DNA of 64,000 bases from Octopus sinensis. Lineage: Eukaryota. The notes under the pieces are model-generated. The model saw nothing but the letters and a program-made list of their open reading frames with translations. It was not told the DNA's origin and searched no databases. The DNA is taken from assembly GCF_006345805.1 (NCBI RefSeq), contig NC_043002.1, forward strand, positions 117,986,001 to 118,050,000. The letters run 5' to 3'. Position numbers and translations under genes: made by a program. Positions within the stretch are counted from its first letter, which is position 1. The number at the start of each line of letters is the position of its first letter. Of this stretch, positions 53,335-64,000 are shown in pieces.

Positions 53335-54363
53335 AGATGAGGCCAAATCAGGAGATTAGGGTGGGTGATCAACCAATTCAAAGCCACAGTCATGCACAGC
53401 ATGAAGATTTGTGATGAAGAAATGAAGATTTGTGTGCTGGAGCATTGTCCTGATGAAACAAAACTCTTTGTCAGGTTTCCTGGGCATTTGGTCTTGATAG
53501 CCTTTCGTAACTGCCTCAGCGAGTTGGCATAGTATTCTCCATTGATAGTGAGACTCTTTTGAAGATAGTCAATAAACACAATGCCTCTTACATCCCAAAA
53601 CCTGAAGCTATCACCTTCCCTGCAGATGAGATGAACTGGCCTTCTTTGGATCTGATGAGAATGATGTTTCTACTGCATGGATTGTTCTTAGTTTCTGGCT
53701 CAAAGTGATGAAACCAACACTCATACTGAGTTAGGAAACGTTCGAAGAAACCACCTGGATCTGCCTTAAACAACATCAGATTTTCCCATGATATGATCAG
53801 GTTGATATGCTTTTGATCAGTTGTGAGATGTGGCACCCATCAAACAGAAACCTTTGTCATGCCAAGTACACTGTGCAGAATATTCTCAACTCTCTCATGG
53901 GATATGTTGATACTATTGGCTATTTGATTTATTGCCAATCACCTCTCATCCATCAGCATGTGGCGAACATGATCAATGTTTTCCTCAGTGATGGCAGTTG
54001 TCGGATGTCCAGATCTTGGGTGATCTTCAAGACTCTCTCTTCCTTTTCTAAATTGGGCTGCTTGCTTTTACACTGTTGATAAAGTTGGAGTGTCACCCTC
54101 TAAAGTAGCAACCATGTCAGCATGAATGTTGTAGAAAGTTAAACCTTTTTCTGCAGGTACTTGATAACACTATGATGCAAAATTTTGTCCATTTTCAAGA
54201 GAAGATGTTACTAGTTAGTTTTGAAGTCTTCTTTGAAGAGCTAGTTTATCTGGAATGAAATAATGCAGATATTAAGAAGAGATGAAATTAATGCTTGCAA
54301 GATTTCCCAGCTCTAGCCTCACTCTTTCATAGTCAGCTTATGAACTTTTCAGCCCAACCTCAT
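53335..54363 (-). mobile_element. mariner-family transposon, degenerate
   Basis: MPHLTTDQK, FLTQYECWFHHFEPETK, TINGEYYANSLRQLRKAIK; TIR-like tgaggttgggctgaaaagttcata at the right end. Confidence 0.85.
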
Positions 54364-56377
54364 ATATATGATGGGCTTCTTTCAGTTTCATCAACCAAAT
54401 TCCCTCACAAGACTTGTGAGTAGATTTACTTGGCTATAGTAGAAGATACCTGCCCAAGTTGCTACAGGGTAGGGCTGAACCTGAAACCATGAGACAAACA
54501 AACATAAAATATGCACAATTTTAATTACTATTGACATCATTAAAATGTTTGACTCTGTTCCCCACTACACATTTCTATACTACAGCAGCAAATTCTAAGA
54601 ACCCCATCTTTCCCCTTCAGTTCAAACAAATGTAATACATACAGCAGTAACATTAACTCCAAGTACTGAATTGGGCTATGCCTCACTACAGGGAAGTAGC
54701 AATTGCTATGTTCACATTAAGTTCATTTTGCTTGCCTTCATTGTGGTCACCAGCAGATATAAAGCCCCAGACTGGGCAGTGGAGAGTTTACAGTATGGTC
54801 TAACTGTCCATACTGCACTATATACACTCCTTTTGATCGAGATATGACATATCTGAAGTTACACACTAGTAGATTGCATCTAGTAGTTCAACCAACTACC
54901 TCTGTACCACAGGTTGGTTGGTTTTGAGTTGATCTGGGACATAGGTTTGCTAGTTCAAGGCTGATCTGGGGCACCTAGTACTTGATCCAGTATCCCTATG
55001 TACCATAGCTACACTCAATCTAGGTTGAGAAATATAAAAACACAGGTTTACTTTTTTTTTCATGTAAACAACAAAGTGTGTAATATTGACTTCAAATTTT
55101 GGCATAAGGCCAGTCATTTGGGGAGAGGCCAACAGTTTTGATCACATCAACTCCAGTGCTCAACATGTGTATTCCCTCACCTATTCTCATCACCCCTACC
55201 CAATGATACTTGAGGGCATGTCCGAACATATTTTAATCATTATCTCTCTCACTATCACTTTTTTTACCTTACTCTCTAACTCACTCTCCTTCCTGGTGTA
55301 TCCATGTATCTACTCTACAGCAAGACACCTACCTCTATCCCTTTATATGTTTAATCTCTCAACTGGCACTAAGCTATACCCCATCAGTTGAGGGTTTTTT
55401 GTCTTACAAGGTACATGGTGACTCTGTTGGTGCTGGTGCCATATAAAAAGCATCCAGTACACTCTGTAAAGTGGTTGGCTTTAGGAAGGGCATCCAGCGT
55501 AGAAAGCATGGCAAAACAGACAATGGAACCTAGTGGGGATACCAGCCAGTTCTTGTCAAACCATCCAATATATGTCAGCATAGAAAACGGACATTAAATG
55601 ATGATGATTATGATGATGATGATATTCAAACCATGCTAGCATAGAAACACAGATGTCAACGTGCTGCTGCTGCTGATGATGATGATGATACTGCCACTGA
55701 GGATGATTTACGATAAAACAAATTCTAAAATTAATCTCAAATGATAAATATTTATCTGATCATTACAAAATTGATATATTTTTGGGGTGGAGCAAACAGA
55801 ATTTCATAAAGAGGAAAAAATAGATTGAAAGAGAGGTAAAAAAATAATAATAACTTTAGAAAAATATAAAATTATTAAATATATGAGTTGTGGGATGAGA
55901 AAATGACTGTCTAAAAGGTATAAAGAAGATAGAATGCATAGGAAAAACATGTAGATTGTAAGAAAGGCATGAATGGAAAGAGAGAAGCAGATTGTGTGAA
56001 GCATAACATAAATGGTTCCATTTGAGTATAGTTTTGTGTTAAGAGGGCAGAAAAGCTGAAATTGATGAGGAAAACAAATAAAGAAAAATAATGATAATAG
56101 CAGAATGTTAAAAATGAATTAATTAGAAGTGGGAGAGCAAAGAGAAAACTACTATTACAAAAGCCTGTCAGAATGTAAGTGAGAATGATGGTAGAAAATA
56201 TAGAATTAAAGAAAATATTCAACAGCTAAAATTATATGAGTTGCAATGATAACAACCATAATAATACCATTAACAACATCAACATCACTGATGGCAGTGC
56301 TAGTAGGGTGTTGGTCTTGTGAGGGTAATGGTGGTGGTGGTAGTAGTAGTAGTGGTGGTGGTGGTGGTAGTGGTGGT

Positions 56378-56415
<38 letters not shown>

Positions 56416-56977
56416 TAAATTAAAAATGAAATGATGTCAAATGAGAGAAAAAGGTAGAAAGTAGACTTATATTTATAGAAATGATTAATGTAATAAGTGT
56501 GTAATAGTTCTGAGCTTGAATAGAAAAAAGAAAGAAAGGTAGAAGGAAAGAAAGAAAAAGTTTGATTTAAATAGGAATAAAAAAAGGAAAGAAAGTAATG
56601 GCTGTTGTGAAAGGATGAAGACAAAAATGCGAACGAGTGAAAAGTGGAGTAAGAAAGACTAAGAGAAAAAAAGTGGAAGAGTTGTTAATAGAAGTAAAAA
56701 AAAAGAAAAAGAATTATTAAAAGAAGAGAAATAAAGAAAATGAGAGGAATAGGTTGATAAGAAAGTAAGAAATGTGAAAATGAACAGATTGATGTTGCTA
56801 AGGAGGTGAAGAAAAAACAAAACATTTAAAGAGATAAATAATATATATGTACATATATATAGAGAGAAATTCAGACGAATGAAGATATAACGATATTTAA
56901 AGAGGGGAACTGAATTCTGTCATAATTTAACACGTGTCTTCTGTGCATGGGTTGGAATATATATATATTTATATATA

Positions 56978-57135
56978 CTTTATTTTAAGCAGCAGAAAAT
57001 TCAACAAAATCTGTTACTCTGAGTTTCTCGTTGCTGTTCATCAGACAGTTTTTGCTAGCAAAAACTGTCTGATGAACAGCAACGAGAAACTCAGAGTAAC
57101 AGATTTTGTTGAATTTTCTGCTGCTTAAAATAAAG
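56978..57135. repeat. Perfect 158-bp spacer-less palindrome carrying an HHR on each strand
   Basis: 79-bp arms centred on GCT|AGC (57056/57057). HHR AAAACTGT-CTGATGA-ACAGCAACGA-GAAACT-CAG-AGTA|ACAGATTTT at 57061-57107 (+) and its mirror at 57006-57052 (-). Confidence 0.92.
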
Positions 57136-57483
57136 CATATTACTCTACCACTGGTATTTGAGTACTCTTTTTTTTCCACCTTGTTTCACATTTATGTGTT
57201 TACTCCGGTATATTTATATATATATATATCGTGTTTTGTTTGACACAGCATCCAACTCTAAAACATTAGTCCCAACTGAACCAGGAAGAAAGATCTTCTT
57301 TGCAGTTGAGAGATCAGTCGACCTGTTTCTTCAATAAATAATATTTAAAAAAGGGGCCCTACAATTGCAATCTCCTATATTTCAACATAATCTTTGAAAC
57401 AACAACAACATAGGTGGGAGGCAGCTTTCAGAATATTGAGAAAATGCTGAAGTTCAATGTTAATTTACATGTTTTATATCAGT

Positions 57484-57878
57484 TACTAGCAGTATCGCCC
57501 GGCGTTGCTCGGGTTTGTTTCGACCCGCTGGAATTGGAATTTTTGAAAAGTAAAAATTTTGCATTATGTAGCTTGTTATTCTCTTCAAGTGAACATTTTT
57601 CTGGTTGAAATACACCGAAAAGTGGCGACACAGCAGTGAAAAAATCATAAAAAATATGGATTTTCATAGAAAAAAGCACCTTTTTGATGTAAATAATTTT
57701 TGGTGTTAACATGGTCCGATTTCAATTTTATCTTCTACGGAAGGAAGAGCAACCCTTCTTCTATCATACTCTTAATTTTGGTCAACTTGCGCCGCAGGGT
57801 CTCAGAGGAGATAGTGTTAGTTGAAGGCTACCAAACCTGGCGCACACAGACAACTTCAGCTTTATATAGAGAGAGATA
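57484..57878 (+). mobile_element. Non-autonomous Helitron/Helentron-like (HINE-type) element
   Basis: Starts TACTAGC followed by the hairpin CCCGG-CGTTGCT-CGGG; ends cacacagacaacttcagctttatatagagagagat. Confidence 0.55.
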
Positions 57879-59709
57879 ACACACACACATTAATACACAT
57901 ACATACACACACACACACACACATGTATGTATGTATGGATGTATGTATGTATATATGTACATCTGTCCACTTCTTGCTATATTTTTATCCTTCATTTCCT
58001 ACACACACACACACACACACTTACACACACACAGACACAGACACACACACACATACACACACACGCACGCGCACGCACACACACACACACACACACACCT
58101 TCTTAACTTACAATTTCTTTCTTTCAACAATTGACAACTGAAGTACGCTTGCAAATTTATACTACGAAAACTTAGTGACAGAAAGTAAATTAAAAACCAA
58201 TCGTAAAATATTGAGTTTTCTCGAATTTTTGCTTAATTGGGGGTCAAATTGAAAGAAATTTCAATGCCATGACCCAGTGGAATGTACTTCGAAAAATGAC
58301 AGGTAAATTCCAATTGAAGAAATTGTGTGAGGTGTAAATCGTTATGTATTTATTTGTTTCTGTTTCCTGTGTATTTTTTTTGAGTAGTGGTTTAAGGTAC
58401 ACTTGCAAAGAGAAAGTAGGAGAAAGTGTGGTAATAGAAGGAGTGAAGCAGTTGATATGAGAGAGGCAATTGGGGTCAAATTGAAAAAAATTGATATGCC
58501 ATGACCCAATCGAATCCACTTCGAAAAATCATAGGTAAATTCCAATTGAAGAAATTCTATATTGTACAATTGTATTAAAAACAAAGTATGTCAGGGACAG
58601 AGAAAATCTGCCTTTTATCATAAGAGATGCTGGTTGCAAGACCTAGAGATTGTTTCTAGGCATGCTGTAAGCTCTGTCACTCCATGCCATTTCATGCCAT
58701 TGTTATTGTCATCATCGTCATCAACCATCAACCATCCATCCCATCTAACTGAAAACATCTGTTTTTAATACAGCTACAGATGTTTTCTTTTCCCCTCATA
58801 ATTGATGTTATCAATGAACTCATTTCCTGTTTTAATATAAAATGCAAAACACAGAACATACTTGAAATATATAATATAAAATCTCGCTTCTTCCGTTTGC
58901 CAAAGGTCACCAATTTCTGAAGAGAATTATAGGTATGATAGGTGGTACTTATTCTACCTGCTCCCTATCCTGGCAAAGTCAACCCAAAGTCTTCCCGCCC
59001 ACCTCTGTTTGTCTGCACTACTTTAACAATTATAACAATAGACATGAAGATCCTATACAAGTAGAGATTCAAAATAATGTCAGCATAACCAATGAGTCAG
59101 AAGTCTTATTCCTTGCCAACTATTCTGCACATCTCAACATCGATGGGATATGAAACCAAAGTTATATAAAATCATAAATGTTGGTCATAGATTCAACGGA
59201 TTACAAATTCACTGTTCCTAATTTTAAGAATAATTTATGTTAGCATATGTTTGTAGATGCTGACTTGCATGTTTAATTGTAATATGTTTTGGTAGATTTG
59301 AATGTGAATATGCTAATTAAATTACTGTTGTGGTTCATTGCAGAACAACTCCTATATGACAAATATTTTCACAACACACTCTATTCATTACTGCAAAGCA
59401 GTCTGGGACAGTTGGTGTTTTAATACCACAGGGTTCCCTCAGCCAGAGGCTACTGGATTAATGAATCTAATAAACGACAAAGCTCTTGTTAATAAATTAT
59501 TATTAGTTGGCAGATATCAGAACAGATCAGTGAACTAACTGTCTGCCTGATCTGGGCTGATGTCTACCAACTGATAACAAATTGTCATATCATTGTTTTG
59601 ATTCTTGCTGTTTCCCAAGTATACGACAATTTATTATATGTACAGAATATATCCAATATGAAGCTAGGACAAAGCTAATTCAAATGAATACTAAGTACAG
59701 GTGTTGGAT

Positions 59710-59756
<47 letters not shown>

Positions 59757-59843
59757 GTTGGATGGAACAGTTTGCATATCATATTGCATTATTTTTGGCA
59801 GCTAGTTCAGTGTTCGCTAAAAATCTATAGATATAGCCAGTAC

Positions 59844-60204
59844 GGTACTTTTTGGTTATCTCACTTCCATTAAAAAACTGGATTATCTCCCCACAAAACC
59901 ATTGAGTTTACTTGGTGACAAGAGATTGGATTAAAAGAATTCGATCCTTTTGATTCAGTACTTCAACACATTGTTGGCATTTGGCCTCCTCAATAGGCAT
60001 GGAATGATTTGTTATAAAAATGTTATCAGATTCAGTAAGATATTTAACTTTTTGGGTTTTCATGTTTATTAATCTTTTCAGTTTTGTATGATTTGTTATA
60101 AAAATATCAGATTCAATAAGATGTTTCATCTTTTCACTTTTGTTTTTGTAGTTGAGGGAGATAACCCAGTTTTGTTAATGGAGGTGAGATAACCAAAAAG
60201 TACT
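59844..60204. mobile_element. MITE with ~55-bp TIRs and an 8-bp TSD
   Basis: ggtactttttggttatctcacttccattaa... / ...ttaatggaggtgagataaccaaaaagtact; flanks gccagtac / gccagtcc. Confidence 0.75.
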
Positions 60205-62261
60205 GCCAGTCCTACAGAAAAAAAAAACACTATTGACACACAATAATTTCTCTATTGAACTAGTTGCCAAGAATGTATTATAATCCAATTATTTTTCTGA
60301 TTTACTCAAACCTTATGTAGATAGGGGGTTATAATCCATGCCTCTGTAAACAGTTAAAGTGGATTCTCTTTGGGTCAGATGAAATCCCTACACAAGATTG
60401 AAACTATTTTGACTGATCCCTCTTTTGTAACCCACAAAGCTATTATGTACGAGAACCAAGTGGCTACATTTGTTTATCTATTGCTATATTCTTTACTACA
60501 GTAGAGCATGTAAATATTTATATATTAATCATTCATAATGTAGAACTTGAAAAATATTATCTCACTCATTGAAACATTACAAAATTGAGATTTCATCAGA
60601 GAAGAAAGATATACAGAGTTTGGTCTCAGAACTATCAAAATTGAAAACTTGCCTAGTACATTGGGCAAGTGTCTTCTACTATAGTGGCTGGCTGATCAAT
60701 GCTTTGTGAGAGAATTTAGTAGACAGAAAATTGTGTATATATATATATATCAAAAGTGTGTGTTATAACACTATTCCACATATACAAAAACAGCAATACC
60801 AACAATCCAACACACCTCTATCATCAGCTGCCCCACAGATATCATTATGGTTTCAACACCTGGGCAGTACCATTCAATTCAGCAGTGTCAACAGCACTAA
60901 AATAAGTGTTGTTTGGGAACAAACATCTCAAAGAAATGACAACTTTCAAACACATTTATCCTATGTACAACAATATTGGTAAATAAATTCTATAAGTAAA
61001 TCAATAACCAGCTTCTAAATATGTATGTAACTAAACAGCGACCAAACCTTTAAGTCATACATGTAGTCTTCCACAGTATAATATAAAAGTGAAAGCTTAA
61101 TAACCACATTCATTCAATCTAATACAGGCAGGATTAAACACAAACTTTAAAATTAAACTGCAATAAAGAAACATCTGTATCGGTATTAATAGGAAACCTA
61201 CAATAACTAAATTATATACTAAAAAGTGACCAATCTTTAAGTAATAATCCCACCAGTCTTCCATTGTTACTACTATAATAAAAAAGTGAAAGCTTTATTT
61301 CAATTCTCTCTAAAACAAAACATGATTGAATTTAATTTAACGAATAATATAATAATTATAAAATAATACATTATTTCATAATTCAAAGGTTAATAATAAA
61401 AACACTACACACTCATTAATATATATTACCCTTACAAGCTTTAATATAAATTTACCAATATATATATATATTTTATATGAAATATAAAGCCAAAAAGGAA
61501 AAATTTAGTCATCACTAATTGTAACTGAGGGTGCTGGTAGTAGCTGTATTGTTAGAAATAATAGTTTAAATCCTTAAATGACTGACAGGGGAGATAACCA
61601 TCCCATAAGCAAAGCTAGATCACTGAACTAGATTAGTTTCACCAGTAAAATCGCAGGCTCGTCAGTAGTGACTACTCCATCACTGAATTGTTTGGTGAAA
61701 TCTAGACTGTCAGTATATATACTGTATATTTATCAAATATATTTATGGGTGAGTGAAATGCTGATGTGAAAATTGCAAAATAATGTAGGCAGTCATTCAC
61801 AATATAAAACCAAAAAAGGAAAATTCATAATGGAAGGCACGGGAGGATATCACCTTCTCCCATTATATCTTGTTGTTTGTGTAGTTCAGGCTCCAGCAGG
61901 TGAAGAAAGAAGTCTTTAAGTACAAATGCAATTTACAACCAGTTTATTTACAAGTTTCACAGGACAGGTGAAGTGCGTTGCTCTCAGCAACCATCTGTGT
62001 GCATGGTGTTGTATCTCCATTAGTACAAGCACATTACCTCTGGAGGTACAACATGCAGACAGGCCCAGCCAGTGAAGTGTGCTCACCAAGTGCTGCTGTG
62101 AAGAAGCAGAGAGAGAGAATGAGTCTGCTTCTGTTTTGTCCTTATATACAGTTTGCCATCGCCAGCCTCGTTCTGATCTTGCGCATGGCAAATGGATGAA
62201 GATGTGGTCTCGCTCCAGTTTCGGAGATGACAGTGACTGACGGTGCTGGGTAGCACTTATA

Positions 62262-64000
62262 TTGTTAGAAATAAGAGTTAAAAGGGCTATTAGAGATAAG
62301 CGACAGGCTTGGAAGGACTGGAAGAATGGTGGTAGCAGGGAATTGTATCAGACTGCCAAAAGGGAAGCTAGGAGACAGGTCTATTTAGCCAGAGCGAAAG
62401 CAGATAAGAAAAAATTTGCCAATGTTCTGCACCGTGAGGACCAAAGACTTGGGGTATTCCATGTTGCCAGACAATGTGTGAGAGAGAATCGTGACGTGGT
62501 AGGAGAGAAATGTGTTCGCATGGATGATGGCTCACTTGTGCTGAATGAGGATGCAAAGAGAGCAGTTTGGAGACGCTACTATGAAAGGTTGCTGAATAAA
62601 GAAAATGAATGGTATAAAGAGAGTCTGCCGAATGTTGACCCAACAGAGGGACCAGCTATCCAAGTTGGCAGTTCCTTGGTAGTTAAGGCAATTAGAAGCA
62701 TGAAGACAGGGAAAGCCCCAGGCCCATCAGGAATTACTGCAGAGATGCTCAAAATATCTGGTAGTGTCGGCTATAGCCTAGTCACCCGTATAGTTAACCA
62801 GGTGATACACGAAGGAGTCATACCCAATGACTGGTGTAGCAGCATACTAGTCAACTGCTACAAAGGTAAAGGTGACGCTTTAGATACAAATAATTACAGA
62901 GGTATCAAGCTGTTGGATCAGGTAATGAAGGTTACGGAGAGGGTCATAACCCAACTAATTAGAGAGAGAGTTAGTTTAGATGAGATGCAGTTTGGGTTCG
63001 TGCTAGGGAAAAGTACTACTGATGCTATATTCCTGGTAAGGCAGCTGCAGGAGAAATACCTAGCCAAAGATAAGCCCCTGTACCTGGCTTTTGTTGACAT
63101 GGAGAAAGACTTTAACAGGGTCCCCCGATCCCTTATCTGGTGGTCAATGAGGAAACTAGGGATAGATGAATGGTTAATGAGAGCTGTGCGAGCCATGTAC
63201 AGGGATGCCGCTAGTAATGTGAGGGTTGGCAATGAGTACAGTGAAGAATTCCAGGTAGAGGTAGGGGTCCACCAAGGCTCAGTCCTCAGCCCCCTCCTAT
63301 TTATCATAGTCCTCCAGGCAATAACGGAGGAATTCAAGACAGGATGCCCCTGGGGGCTCCTCTATGCTGATGATCTTGCTCTAATTGCTGAGTCACTATC
63401 AGAACTGGAGGAGAAGTTTCAGGTGTGGAAGCAAGGATTAGAATCGAAGGGCCTCAAAGTCAATCTAGCTAAAACCAAAGTCCTAATAATCACAAACGCC
63501 TTCAGGTAGATGGCCCTGCTCAATCTGTAGAAAAGGTGTAGGTAGAAACTCTATAAGATGCACCAAGTGTAAGCTATGGAAACATAAGAGGTGCAGCAAT
63601 GTCAAAGGAAGGCGAACTGGGAAGATAGTTTTTGTATGTGGCAGATGCTCAGGAGCAATATACACTGAAAATGCTCTGAGACCAACTTCTGCCACATTGC
63701 AGGGAGAAAAACTAGAAATAGTTGATAGCTTCCGTTACCTAGGTGACCAAGTCAGTAGCGGGGGTGGGTGTGCTGAAAGTGTAACTGCTAGAGTAAGAAT
63801 AGCCTGGGCAAAGTTCAGAGAGCTCTTACCTCTGCTGGTGACAAAAGGCCTCTTGCTCAGAGTAAAAGGCAGACTGTATGACGCGTGTGTATGAACAGCC
63901 ATGCTACATGGCAGTGAAACATGGGCCGTGACTGCTGAGGATATGTGTAAGCTCGCAAGAAATGAAGCCAGTATGCTCCGATGGATGTGTAATGTCAGTG
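62262..64000 (+). mobile_element. RTE LINE ORF2 (RT), 5'-truncated, runs off the window
   Basis: 415-aa ORF with NYRGIKLL, QFGF, GVHQGSVLSPLLF, LLYADDL. Frameshift at ~63490; then PHD-like finger, FRYLG, and TGA at 63892. Confidence 0.95.

Noticed and set aside
60545-60610. Minus-strand CTGATGA-ATCTCA...TGAGAT
   Set aside because: It has two substitutions in GAAA and no stem I.
61860-62260. GC-richer island before the RTE as an exon or LINE piece
   Set aside because: No frame gave a convincing motif, so it is left unassigned.

Overview
AT-rich, microsatellite-dense animal genomic DNA. The repeat families (tRNA-derived SINEs, RTE LINEs with (GAT)n tails) resemble those of Octopus, so a coleoid cephalopod origin is my inference. 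Only one host gene is solidly supported: the first coding exon of a FEZ/UNC-76 family gene on the minus strand (4426-4742). The rest is transposon-rich: RTE LINEs, Tc1, mariner, DD37D and Tigger remnants, MITEs, many SINEs, a young but defective Gypsy LTR element (31682-35710) and a decayed Penelope-like element (~36995-39125). The main signal is about 19 type I hammerhead ribozyme (HHR) motifs found by manual reading, in several unrelated short repeat families. Most sit in or next to (TA)n/(CA)n tracts and occur in tandem and/or inverted arrangements. Two clusters have same-strand tandem ribozymes that would release 533-nt and 470-nt non-coding monomers, as retrozymes do. Also notable are an apparent A-to-G converted tract (ADAR-like or a sequencing artefact), a PHD finger inside the RTE reverse transcriptase, and a -1 frameshift site plus a candidate intron in the Gypsy element. 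All folds and alignments were done by eye.
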